Positions 30,242 through 44,900 of a stretch of 64,000 bases of DNA are shown here, piece by piece (position 1 is the stretch's first letter; each line of letters begins with the position of its first letter). Made by a program: the position numbers and the translations under genes. This DNA is from Eledone cirrhosa (taxonomy: Eukaryota). The notes under the pieces were generated by a model. That model ran no database searches and had not been told where the DNA came from. It was given only the letters and a program-made list of their open reading frames with translations. Location: NCBI GenBank assembly GCA_964016885.1, contig OZ024745.1, positions 74,214,001 to 74,278,000 of the forward strand, written 5' to 3'.

Positions 30242-32243
30242 CACTGGGTTACAAATTTTTTTTTCTTTTTTTGTCAGTCGTCTAAGTTTTTTCAACTGAT
30301 TTAAGATAATTTTGCACCGCTAAATCCGAAAATTACACCCGTTTCTCTCAATAATGTGAAGGTTTTGTGCTAAGTCGGTTCTTTTAAAATCCGATCTTCT
30401 GACTAAATCGATTACATCTTGTGACATTTTCGGTTGATTTTTGTTAATATTTCTCATTTCAAATAGGTTTTTAAAAGAAAAACATCCTTTTCTAACACAA
30501 TTCATTAATTAAATGTTTCAAAAATTGATTAGTGTACATTGAATAGTAGAAATTGATAAAGGCAAGGACATGTAAAATTGGATGTTAGATCATCATTGTT
30601 CAAATTTCAGGGCTCGAACTCCTAGAATGCTTTGTTGTTGCAAGAAAGTTCTTCCCGACCAGAACAAAAGCCTTCCACGCTTCCAGTTTCACTTCGTTCA
30701 TTGAATTTTCAAACTGTGGATCTTTGATGAGCTGACGGAGTTGAGAACCATCAAAGATGCCAGCTTTCAACCTCTCCATGGTCAATCCTGGAAAAGCGTG
30801 GCACAATAAGTGAATCAGCCACCATCCTTGTCCAGAACTTTGACGAACTGTTTGATCACGCTGAGTTTGATGTGCAGCGGTGGGAAGAGTATCATGTCCT
30901 GTACATCAGAGGGTTGTTTATGACGTTCCTTGCTCTGCAAGGCACCAATTCCTCCCGTACAGGCCAGTCCTTCTTCGTGTAATGCTGAGCGCAGTCCCTA
31001 CTGTCCCACATGCACAGAAAGCACGCGTACCTGGTGAACCCGGAGTGTTGTCCCAACAAAAAGTTCACCATCTTCAGATCAACACAAATCAACCACTCAT
31101 GCTGATCATAATGAATTTTCTCCAGCACGTACTTCACCGCTTCGTACTTCTCCTTCGGTGTAGTTGAGTGAGCGAGGGGTACAGAGGCAAACTGGTTGCC
31201 GCTGTGCAGAAGAACACATTTCAGTGATCGCTTGCGGCTGTCAAGGAACAATCTCCAATCTTTGGGTTGTTTGGTATTGTGGCATTCCAGGCTTGTGCAG
31301 AAGAAGCTGTGCAATATCTGAACAGTACACCAAGTCCTTCTCTTCAGAGAAAAAAACAGAGGTACTCTTGATATCCGTTGTAGTAGGTGATGCGAGCACT
31401 GTCAGAGAGGAGGGGTTTTTTTCTTCAATCTGGATGTCAACAGCTCGGCAGAGCACTTTGACAAGCTGAGATCGCGAACTAAATCATTTAACTCCTTTGG
31501 GGAAAAGAATGTGGAGTATCATCGTCAAGAACAACTTTTGTTTCTTCATTTTCTTCAACACTGGTGGAATCATCGTCACTAATGTCAGGACGTTCTCGAA
31601 AACCAGGTACTGGAATTTCGTCACAATGAGCTACAGGACGACGTGCTGAATCAAGATCAGGATACGTGAAGCTACTCCGGTTCTTTCTGTTGATCCCAGT
31701 CCAATCAATAGATAACAGTCAGTGCCATGATTTGTCGGCTACCTCCAAAACCATGGGAATTCCAAACTTTAGACAACTCTTCTTGTCCTTAGTCCAACGA
31801 CGCAGATACTCGGTGCATGTCTTGCATATCATGGTGGCGCCCAAGCTTTGTCCTGGTCACCAAGTTTCATACCAAAATAAGCATGGTAAGCACGCTTTAT
31901 GAAACTTGTGACTGGATTCCTGTTAGGAACAACGGTGTATTCGTCGCAGATGTAGCAGAATCTTCTGGCCGAATCCGTTTCATTCCCCTGCAAAAGAAAA
32001 TTACCAGTTAGTCAAAATTGACGCATGTAAACTCTTCAGAAGTCGTTTATTTAAAGAAATAAGAAAGAATTTTGCATCATATAAATAGAAAATACCTGTA
32101 CATGTAAACAAAAACGTAAAAAAAACATCATGTGGCGATACATCAAAAAGTTGACAGATTGAGTAAAACCAATGTGATTTTTGGATTCAGCACATAAAGA
32201 TTGTTCTAAATCAGCTAGACAATAAATTTGGTGTTGGCCAGTG
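30242..32243 (-). mobile_element. Chapaev3-type (CMC/Transib-related) DNA transposon with disrupted transposase
   Basis: CACTGG termini with imperfect TIRs; 3-bp TAA TSD at 30239-30241 and 32244-32246; SLKCVLLHSGN, LICVDLKMV, CFLCMWDSR, LKAGIFDG motifs and a Cys-rich N-terminus. Confidence 0.85.
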
Positions 32244-32752
32244 TAATGATGATGATGATGATGAAGATGATGACGTGACTTGAAAATGGAATCTATTAAA
32301 ATTCAGACTTTTTAAAAAATTCAACAACTATTATATAAGAGACTGACATGTTGCCCACAAGGAGACATCGAGTTGTCACGTATCTTAAAGCTATAATTAG
32401 TGTACCAAGTGTACCAAATTAGTTATACACTCAATTATCAATTATAATTGAGGTGTTTACTTTTTACTTTCATTTTTTTTTTTAGGTATTCAAGTGATTT
32501 TGTTCTGAAAAGACGTGATGGCCACGGCTAGAATGATATTATGATACGACTTCTCAACTAGGATAATATTTCAACAACACCGACTTCTAACAGGATACAA
32601 GCAAGCATTTATTCAGTATTAAACAACTGAAGTTATTGAAGTTATGGCTTTCTTTTTAAAGAATACGATGCATTATAACCCCCCCACACACACACACACA
32701 CATACATACATATATATGTACGTACGTACATACATACATATGTCTATATATG

Positions 32753-32783
<31 letters not shown>

Positions 32784-33059
32784 ATATATATATACACATA
32801 TATATATAGACACACACACACATATATATATACATATATATACACACATACATATATACACATACATATATACATATATATACATATATATATATATACA
32901 TATATATACATATATATATATATATATATTAAGAGAGTAAAACATTTTAACCCTTATATATATATACACATATATGTATATACACATATATGTACACATA
33001 TGTATATACATATGTGTACACACACACATATATATATATATGTACACAGACACGCACAC

Positions 33060-33098
<39 letters not shown>

Positions 33099-33198
33099 AA
33101 ATTGAGGTTGGTAATGGCACATGGAATATATAAGAGACAGAATACTTTTTTGTGAAAAAACATAATTTTATAAGGTAAGGAAATAATAAAGGGTATAA

Positions 33199-33246
33199 AA
33201 AATGACCGGTTTCGATGGGTCTGCAAAAGCCATCTTTTCAAATGTT
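33199..33246 (-). ncRNA. Variant minimal hammerhead, family E (inverted pLTR copy)
   Basis: Reverse complement of 38090-38137. Confidence 0.6.
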
Positions 33247-33602
33247 GATTAATATTAAGAAAAATTAATAATACGAAGAGTTAAAATTTGAGACTTGAAA
33301 ATTCAAGTATAAAATTCATTGTGGGATTTCATAGCAGTTTTCATCTAGGTAGCAACAACAGGTTGACTGCTGTGTCCCTTTCTGGTAGTGAATGAGAAGT
33401 TATTTGGGGTGTGGATTATTTTATAAAGGTCAGATTTAGCAATCACCAACTGGCCAGCTGCTGGTCAGTGAGGGGGTGGAAGCAATATACATACACATAT
33501 CTTCCTGTGATGGGTAGGAGAGTGGAGCGTGATAGAAAGGGATTTAGTGCACTTACACCTATATATACACACATACCTTCATCCACACATACATACATAT
33601 AC

Positions 33603-33639
<37 letters not shown>

Positions 33640-33704
33640 CACACATACATACACACACACATACATATACATACACACATACATACACACACATATATAC
33701 ACAT

Positions 33705-33753
<49 letters not shown>

Positions 33754-33792
33754 TATATATACATACACATACATCCAGATACACACATACAT

Positions 33793-34625
<833 letters not shown>

Positions 34626-37458
34626 TCAACCTCTCAAAGACACCTCTAACCAACACACAAATCAACATTTTAAGTAAGGGCCTGAAATTTACACCTACAC
34701 CACGTAAACCAAACTTCCCCGAAATGAAGGATGACATCATGGAATACTGCCGAAAGCTGCGACTAACGGAATTCTTCCACAACGACACCAACACTGAAGA
34801 CGAATCACTGGTTAGAAATAAAAGCAATTTCTGCCCACAAAAGGGAAGAAATAAAGCACTGGACACGTACTGCGAACACATCACCAACTTTCCCTATGAA
34901 AAAATTACAAATAAACACACGAAATCAAACCTATCTACACACGAATGGGAAGAATTATTTACACTTAGAAACAACCCTGAGATAACTATCAAAGAAGCCG
35001 ATAAAGGCAGTACTGTTGTAATTATGAATACGGACTACTATAGGACCCTCGCACTTAACATTTTAGAAAACAACACATACTATGAAAAAACAGAAAACTA
35101 CAAACACACCAAAACAATGGGGAACCTTTTGACCTTACTGAATAAATACCGCAACAGCTTAACCACAAAAGAGTTTAACTATATAAGCCACTTCAAATGC
35201 AATACAAGCTCATTTTACGGCTTACCGAAACTTCACAAATGTAAACCCATAAACGATGCATGTGACACCTCAACCAACAATTACATTGAACTAACACCAC
35301 CAGAAGACCTAAAACCCAGGCCAATTATAGCAGGCCCTACATGTGAAACCCACAGACTTAGCAACTTTCTGGACATCCTACTGAAACCCTTTCTACAACA
35401 TATACAGAGCTACATACGAGATGACCTTGACATGCTGAAACACCTCCCTAAAACAGTAAGTGCAAATACAATTCTTGTCTCCTTCGACGTAATAAACCTC
35501 TACACAAACATACCCCACAACTATGGAATAACAGCAGTCCAATACTGGCTTAACACACCCCCATCAGAAATACCGACACGCATCAACACAGATTTTATCA
35601 CTGACGGACTCCGCTTTATCCTACAAAATAACTACTTCACATTCAATGGTTCAACATACAGACAAGTATCAGGTACGGCAATGGGCTCGAAAGTAGCACC
35701 CACATATGCCAACCTAGTCATGGGATTCCATGAACAACAAATATACAGTCAGTCCCTTCTCTTATTTGGAGACTCTTTCCACACACACCTCAAAGCCAAT
35801 TGGAAAAGATATCTAGACGACTGCTTTATCCTATGGCAAGAAGACATGAACTCACTTACTATGTTTAAAAACATGATAAACAACATAGATAATAACATAC
35901 AATTCACAATGGAATCCAATCCTAAGGAATTAGCCTTCTTGGATATTCTCATCTCTGTAATAGACGGGAAATTAGATACAGATATATTCTATAAACCCAC
36001 AGATTCCAAGCAATACCTCTTTTTCACATCAAGTCACCCAAAACATACAAAACTTAACATTCCTTACAATTTGGCCAAAGGTATATGTACCATAGTATCA
36101 GATCCACCTAAACGGGAGCAAAGACTAAAGGAACTAAAAGACACCCTTATCTTAAGAGCCTTTCCACTTGAAATAATCAACAATGGAATAGACAGGGCAA
36201 AACACCTAAATCCCCATCAACTTAACAATCCAAAACAGAAAACCACACTCAACACCCTGCCATATGTATCCACTTTCAACCCCAGAAATACCGAAATGTT
36301 TGATCACCTACACAAAAACCTCCCCATCCTACTTAAAGATGTAAAAATGAAGTCTATTCTTGAAACACACAAGATCCTTAAAAGTAAAAGACAACCCAAA
36401 TCACTTAAACGCATTCTCACTGGACCAAATATACCCAAACCAATCCTCAACCCTACAGTTACCAAATGTGGTAGAACAAACTGTGGAACGTGCCTCTACC
36501 TCACTGAAGGACAAACATTTACATTCAAAGATGGCCAAACATTTACAGTAAAAAACAATTTCACCTGCAACTCGGAGAACTTGATTTACGCAATAACTTG
36601 CGGTGGGTGCAAACACAACTGCATAGGACAGACGGGCACCTCATTACGCAAAAGAATGACCATCCACCGCCAACAAATCCGGGACGCTAACACAAGAAAA
36701 ATCCCCTTGAGCAGCCATATTGCGAACTGCGCAGGAATGACACTACCCAACTTTAAAATCTTCCCCTTCTACAAGTGCTCAGATTCGTTCACACAACAAC
36801 AAAGAATAAACAAAGAAAATCTATTCCTTAACAAATTTAAACCAAAACTAAACGGGTTATCACCCCAATAGAATTGTAATAAAATATAAACACACATACG
36901 CACGGAATCACTACTATTAAAGACCAGAGACCAATTCTGTAGAATCAGGTTTATTCATTGACAGACCATGCCTTTGTGTGACCAACACATCCATGTTAAA
37001 CCCTACACGTGCACACACATATATCTATATATATATGCGCACACAGAATTCACCACTGTCGGTTGCGGGGCCCAATCTACATGAAGAACTCAATGTGATC
37101 AGAATGACTTGTATTTTAATTTCACTGCCCCAACTTCTTATATTATGGAAAAAATATATGTGTCTGTATGTATATATATATTTGAAGGCCATTTCTGTGT
37201 GTGGGTGTATGTATGTGTATATGTGTGTGTGTATGTGTGTGCATGTGGATGTATGTATTGTGTGTGCGTGTGTGTGTGTGTGTGTATGTATGTGGGTATC
37301 TGGATGTATGCGTATGTGTATATATATATATATATATATATGCGTGTGTGTGTATATATATGTGTGTGTATGTGTGTATATATATGTGTGTGTGTGTGTA
37401 TGTTTGTATGTGTGTATGTATATATATATGTGTGTGTGTGTGTGTATGTATGTGTGGG

Positions 37459-37535
<77 letters not shown>

Positions 37536-37574
37536 ATGTATGTGTGTATCTGGATGTATGTGTATGTATATATA

Positions 37575-37625
<51 letters not shown>

Positions 37626-37692
37626 ATGTGTATATATGCGTGTGTGTGTGTATGTGTGTATGTATATGTATGTGTGTGTGTATGTATGTGTG

Positions 37693-37733
<41 letters not shown>

Positions 37734-38089
37734 GTATATGTATGTATGTGTGGATGAAGGTATGTGTGTATATATAGGTGTAAGTGCACTAAATCCCTTT
37801 CTATCACGCTCCACTCTCCTACCCATCACAGGAAGATATGTGTATGTATATTGCTTCCACCCCCTCACTGACCAGCAGCTGGCCAGTTGGTGATTGCTAA
37901 ATCTGACCTTTATAAAATAACCCACACCCCAAATAACTTCTCATTCACTACCAGAAAGGGACACAGCAGTCAACCTGTTGTTGCTACCTAGATGAAAACT
38001 GCTATGAAATCCCACAATGAATTTTATACTTGAATTTTCAAGTCTCAAATTTTAACTCTTCGTATTATTAATTTTTCTTAATATTAATC

Positions 38090-38137
38090 AACATTTGAAA
38101 AGATGGCTTTTGCAGACCCATCGAAACCGGTCATTTT
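38090..38137 (+). ncRNA. Variant minimal hammerhead, family E, in the PLE pLTR
   Basis: TTGAAAA GATGG-cttttgcagac-CCATC GAAACCGGTC; U3/A8 core; weak stem I. Confidence 0.6.
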
Positions 38138-38272
38138 TATACCCTTTATTATTTCCTTACCTTATAAAATTATGTTTTTTCACAAAAAAGTATTCTGTCT
38201 CTTATATATTCCATGTGCCATTACCAACCTCAATTTTCTCTATAACCTTCGTTTTGTGTAGAAAATTACACT

Positions 38273-38465
<193 letters not shown>

Positions 38466-38518
38466 GTATAAGCAAAGTTACATAAACTTAACATGTATGT
38501 GCTACCATTGGTTTCCAG

Positions 38519-38910
38519 GGTCCAGTTATGGCCACCACAGTATATTGGAGGAGGTACTTTTAAACTGGCCCTTCATTCGGGCTCGTGGACAAAAATATGA
38601 CCAGGGAAGTGGTTATCCCTCGACTAATCCTTCCTTCGAGCCGTAGAGATATTTATATTTGAAACAGGGGAGGCAAATCTGACTTGGAATATGTCTTTTA
38701 CTCTTTTACCTGTTTCAGCCATCCGGCTGAGGCCATGCTGGGGCACCGCATTAGTCTGTAGACTAATTTTTCAAATTTCGTAGGGTTTTTTGTCTACTAC
38801 AGTGGCTAAGGGATAACCACTTTCCTTTTCATATTTTTGTCCACGTGAACGAATGAAGGGCAAGTTTAAAAGCGCCACCTCCATTATACAGTGGTGGCCA
38901 TAACTGAACC
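38519..38910. mobile_element. MITE / fold-back with ~100-bp diverged TIRs
   Basis: CAGTTATGGCCACCAC...AAGTGGTTATCCCT mirrored by AGGGATAACCACTT...GTGGTGGCCATAACTG. Confidence 0.8.
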
Positions 38911-38959
38911 GCGATTGAGCACTTATTTCTTTGATCTTTCATCTACGGATTTCTACCAA

Positions 38960-39031
<72 letters not shown>

Positions 39032-39103
39032 CAGAAATAACAAAGCAAAGGACACAGTACATCGAATAAATATATTAGTTTAACGCTTGAAATAACAGGA
39101 AAA

Positions 39104-39142
39104 GAGTTAACGTTTCGGACACTAGACCTTCGTCAGAAGATA
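39104..39142 (-). ncRNA. Hammerhead-like core, family F
   Basis: CTGACGA AGG-tctagtgt-CC GAAACGTTA; stem I not evident. Confidence 0.45.
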
Positions 39143-39835
39143 GAATTGTAAATAAAAGATAGAATATAAAGATAAAGATTGTGGAGAGGAAGGAAAAGAA
39201 AAAATTGAGAAAAAATGCGTGAGTGCGTTATTTATGAAAAATCTATACATATATTAGCTATTAAACAGTTGAACAATTCGGGCAAGTTGTGCGTATATAT
39301 ATATATATAGCCTCTTCCTCACCCTTCACTCACTCATTCTCTGTCACTACCTCTCCTCCTCTTTCTTCCCGTTTGACCTGTGAGTAATTCTTTTCTCTCG
39401 CATTCGCGGCCAAGCTGGTCGGAATTTTTTCTCTCTCTCGTCTACGATTTCACAGAACTTATGTTTACCGAATTCGCAGACCAGACCCCTTCTTCCTCCC
39501 GTTAGACCTGTGCGAAATTCCTTCCTTGCTCACATTTCAACCAGGTTTGATGGTCTTTATTCTCTCGTTCACGATTTCACCGAACTTAAATTGATAGAAA
39601 TCTGAGACTTGTCTCTTTCTTCCTCACTTTCTGTTGCTTCACCATTTTGTTTGTTTACCCTCGCGTCCCCTTTATTTACGTGTCCCAACGACTTTTTTTA
39701 GCCGTTGCTCGCACCAACCGGATGTATATGGTCTTTAAAGCGAAGAAATGCCTATGATGGTTGGAAGATCACTGATGAAGGACATACATGTACGGCAACA
39801 CTCATCTTTTTCCATTTCTCCGAGGGTTATAAACC

Positions 39836-40035
39836 NNNNNNNNNNNNNNNNNNNNNNNNNNNNNNNNNNNNNNNNNNNNNNNNNNNNNNNNNNNNNNNNN
39901 NNNNNNNNNNNNNNNNNNNNNNNNNNNNNNNNNNNNNNNNNNNNNNNNNNNNNNNNNNNNNNNNNNNNNNNNNNNNNNNNNNNNNNNNNNNNNNNNNNNN
40001 NNNNNNNNNNNNNNNNNNNNNNNNNNNNNNNNNNN
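39836..40035. other. Assembly gap (200 N)
   Basis: Run of n. Confidence 0.99.
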
Positions 40036-40668
40036 GTCATTAAGCCTTTCATTTTTCCTTTTTTTTCATCTTCAATCACAAAAGATCAATAGATCACAAA
40101 CATAGACAAACACATCCTTTCTAATACACTCAAACACATGCATGGACAATTTACATTCCTTCATCCAAATAACATCGAATTGATTCTATTTGACTCTGCA
40201 GATCACAACATATTTAGAATGCCCTTTATTGTTCATTAGCTTGTTTACCTTCATATTTCTTTTGATTATTTTTTTCCTCTTTTCCTCCTCGTCCTCATCA
40301 TAATCATCATCATCATTATTTTTATCATTGTTACTTTTTTATTATTTATCAAGCAAACATGCTAACCATTACATAACAAATATTCAGCTTGAAAAATAAC
40401 AGGGATCCCTTTGGCAGGAATCAAATTATTTTATTTTATTTTGTTTACCATGTGAATGTACAGGAGACTATAATAATAGACTAACCACTTGACAGTATTT
40501 GGTTTCATCTCTGTATGTGTATGTTCTGAGTTCAAATCCTACTAGGTTTAACTTTGCTTTTCACTCCTCTGAAATTAAATCAACTACCTTTCACCACACA
40601 TATGCATGCACTCACACACAAGGGAGTGTTGAAAAATTCTTGGCTTTAAGGGTATCACAAAAAGGTGT

Positions 40669-40709
<41 letters not shown>

Positions 40710-40733
40710 GATAAATCTACCAAGAGTTTGAAG

Positions 40734-40786
40734 GAGCTTCTACAGGACTAGTACTGTTTCATTCAGATGAAATCTTCAGGAAGCCC
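40734..40786 (-). ncRNA. Type I hammerhead, family G (antisense copy)
   Basis: Left arm of the 55-bp palindrome centred at ~40786. Confidence 0.8.
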
Positions 40787-40839
40787 GAGCTTCCTGAAGA
40801 TTTCATCTGAATGAAACAGTACTAGTCCTGTAGAAGCTC
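40787..40839 (+). ncRNA. Type I hammerhead, family G
   Basis: GAGCTTC CTGAAGA T-TTC-atct-GAA-T GAAA CAG-tactagtc-CTG TA GAAGCTC: three stems and a GUA site. Confidence 0.85.
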
Positions 40840-40897
40840 CTTCTATAAAATAAAAAAAAGTTTACTCTGCCATGTATTGAGTACCTTACTTACTGGG

Positions 40898-40952
40898 GGA
40901 GCTTCCTGAAGATTTCATCTGAATGAAACAGTACTAGTCCTGTAGAAGCTCC
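40898..40952 (+). ncRNA. Type I hammerhead, family G (tandem copy)
   Basis: Same motif 112 nt downstream, with 8-bp stem I. Confidence 0.85.
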
Positions 40953-41059
40953 TTCTATAAAATAAAACAATTTTACTCTGCCATGTATTGAGTACCTTAC
41001 TTACTGTGGTTATCCCTGACTCAACCCGGGACCTACGTATATATATATATATATATATA

Positions 41060-41920
41060 TAAATATAAGTATTTATACGTACATACATATATGTGTACAG
41101 ACGTACAGTAGTATGTATATATATATATACATACATGCACACATATATATATGCACGTATGGGTTTACCAAACATTTATTATAATGTTCGGTGTGTTTGT
41201 AAACAAACAGCCCGAATTACGCCCTACAGTGCTCGGCAACCATCGTCGCCCTTTTGTTCAAAACTGACACAGGAACGATGTACTAGTTTCAAGCGTATTA
41301 GCTATCGTTAGCATTGTATACCTTTCTGTCAGATGATTGAATGTGTGAAAGTATATACTTTCCTTATGCATATTAACGACTGAGCAGCCGAATTTGCATA
41401 TCGAGTGAGTTAGTCGGCCGGGCGCACCGAAAATGATAAATGGAAAAGAATGAAACGAAATTTCATTTCTCACTCTTAGTATGGCTGATACCTAAATATA
41501 AGTATTTATACGTACATACATATATGTGTGCAGACGTATGTGTACGTACTCACTCGATATGCAAATTAGGCTGCTCAGCCGTTAATATGCATAAGGAAAG
41601 TATATACTTTCAGACGTTCAATCATCTGACAGAAAGGTATACGATGCTGACGATAGCTAATAAGCTTGAAACTAGTACATCGTTCCTGTGTCAGTGTTGA
41701 ACAAAAGGGCGACGATGGTTGCCAAGCACTGTACGGCGTAATTCGGGCTGTTTGTTTACAAACAAACCGAACATTATAATAAATGTTCGGTAAACCCATA
41801 CGTGCATATATATATATATATATGTGTGTGCATGTATGTATATACGTATAAATACTTATATTTAGGTATCAGCCGTACTACAAGTGAGAAATGAAATTTT
41901 GTTTCATTCTTTTCCATTTA
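41060..41920. mobile_element. Second family B fold-back cassette; hammerheads at 41276-41316(-, core mutated to CTAACGA) and 41642-41682(+)
   Basis: Homologous to 18820-19905; plus motif CGATG CTGACGA TAGC-taataa-GCTT GAAACTAGTA CATCG. Confidence 0.85.
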
Positions 41921-44900
41921 TATATATATATATGTAGATAAATATACCAAAATAAACGGTAGTGTCCAATCCGTATGAAGAACTCAATGTAATCCAAATA
42001 TAGAAGGTATTAAAAGAGAAAATGCATTCAAAAATTATACATATAGTTGTCCTACCTTCCATGTAAAGGTAACAGCTCTATCCTTTTGCAATACCTTTGA
42101 AACCAGGAACTTTTCAGCAGACCCTTTTGGATTACTACTTGATCTACAGTAGGCTTGAATATATGCTAAGGCATTGGAGGAAGAATCAAAGAGGAAGAGG
42201 GGGGGAGAGAGAGAGAAAACATTTATGAAAGGGAAAGTAGTAATGGTGTGAGATAGATCATTTACTTGAGTATTAATGGGAGGGAAAAGTAGTAATGCTA
42301 TGAAGTAGAAGAAAGACAAGGCATTTACTTGAATTTTGGTGGGAGGGGAAAGTAGTAGCAACATGAGGCAGAAGAAAAATGTAATTTACATACAGTATGC
42401 AAGTGGTTGAAGAAAAAGTCAAAAAGAGGGAAAATGAGAAGGAATGCTATTTAAAGACATAATCAAATGCACCCTGACATATATATATGTGATATACTGA
42501 AAACTGCAGTTGTTCTTATAGCCATGGCACTATCGATCTATTGGTAGAGATAATGGTTAATGCAGGTGGTCGTGGTGGTGGTAGTTGTGGTAAGAAGAAG
42601 ACTATAGTTTTCTTTTTTAGTAATATCTAATTTATTTTTTTAAATTGTCAGTTATTTAATGCATGTGCTTTAGTTGCAATTAACTGTCGTCTGCTAAACA
42701 GAATATTTTACAAACTCAGTTTCCAGTTAGATTAACTTATTCAATGACAATTAATAAAGCACAGCCTGAAACATTTAATAAGATAGAGATTTACAGAGTC
42801 ATGAACAGTTATCTGTAGAGCTAGAAAATTAACTGATCTTTTTGTTAAGGTAGTTAATACCAATTAACAAGGGAAACAATGAGGAAAAACTATCACTAAA
42901 ACTATTGTATATAAGGAACTATTAAATTAATGTTATAAATTATGATAATAATAATTAATGGTTTAATAATTCAAATGATACAATGATGAAATAATAAATA
43001 TATGTCACAGTAATTATTGTTTTAGTTTTCAACAACTGTAGTCTCAGGGCCAGATAGTTTGTATTATCAGATATTTTGTTATTTTATCATTGTATCATTT
43101 GGATTATTAGACACATGTAGCCTAGCCATTAGAAATATGGTTGCAAAAATAGTTATTTAAATGTTAAGCAGTAACTTTTTCATAATCTACTAGATAATTG
43201 TGACTGTTGTTTCTTATACAAACCTTTCAGAACAAATGCTTTTGTAGCCAATTCACTCATTTCATTAATGACTACAAGTTAATTAAACACTCATCAATGT
43301 ATGTCCTTACTGCTTACAAACAATAAACTGTACTGGCTCGTGTTTCTTATTTTACAACTGGGTAAACTGAACTTTTGGGAATTAAATGCATTTACCAGAG
43401 ATAGAAAATTGTTCACCCTCAGTAAACCTGTATCTTATCAAATCAGCCAGCTGTCATATTTTTAGCCATTGGGAGCAGCAGTTAATTGGTGTTAAAATGC
43501 AGCAAAGTACATTATTATAAGTATCCATTCCTTAATCTTTTCAAAGTAAAAACATTCCTCAAAGAAGAGTGCTGTTCAAAAACCACTAGAATTTTCTACT
43601 CCTCACTGCATACTAACATTGTCTGGTTTTGTGTTTTAGTTAAACTAAATTTTACCAAACAACTCAACATTTGTCTCTTTAAATTCTAGCATTTAATTAA
43701 GAACTAGATGCTGCATTTAAAATATAAACCAATTCTCAAATGTTCCTATTAAATTGATGCTAAAGCCTTATTGACTGTAACAATACTGACTGCATTTAAA
43801 GCAAAATCTTTTCTTTAAATGTTTAATAAAATTAGAATACAATACGATGTACTTATTGGCTGTTCACAATTCACCAACAAAGGAATATTAATAATTAGTT
43901 CAGTGCAATGCTATTTATAATGGTTGCTGTATAATCTACTTGTTTCCAACTACAAAATAGCTTACTCTCTGTTGTATTTAGTGTAGCTATATGTTATAAG
44001 GCTACTGAATAATCTATTCAGTCGGTTACTCTTGTAACATATATTTCCTCTATTTGTATCATATGTCTTCTCTGCTTCACTAATCATGGTTTTATTCAGT
44101 ACTTACCAACAATACGTCTTCTTAATTGAATAAGATGTTTGTTCTAACCCACAGTTAGCTCTCTGTTTATTAGTTAGCCTCGTATTTCAAAGTTACTTAC
44201 TCTATTGATCTCAGAGAGATAAATTGCTAAGTTGACCTTCATAATTCAATGTTATGTTGACATATTCCTTATTGTTGACATTTTAATGGGAAGACGGTTC
44301 ACCAACAAAGCTGGGGGAAAAGGTTAACAGATAAATGGATCTCCAAAGTTTCCAATGATAATTATTCCAGTTGTTCAGTCAATAGAACTGTCCATTCCTG
44401 AATTGACATGTAATTAGCTGAGTATTCCACAGATACATGTAACTTGAACACAACTCCAGGGAAAATTAGCATAAAACGGTTTGACAAGGTCTGGCCTTTG
44501 AATTACTGGTGCAGTATATCCAATGGACTTACAAACAGTTTCTATCTGCCAAAATTCCCTTAGAAGACTTAGGTTAGTCTAATATCACTTTCCACATTAT
44601 ATATTATATACAATGCTTCAAGCAAACTATATTTTATTATCTCTCACCTCTTTCTGTTCAAACTGGCCGTAACTGGCTGCTCATACTGACGTTAAGGTAT
44701 TGTTCTCAAAATAAATAACATCAAAATCTTATAGATTCGATATTATGTGAGATAATTGAGTAAGATAAAGCTTTTACCACAAAAATACAATAGTATATAT
44801 AGAGTAATGTAAATGCTAAAGGGTTAATATGGCTACTCTCAATATCATTCATCCCTCACTTTACCAAATTTCACTCACAGTGCTTTAATCCACTCAACTA

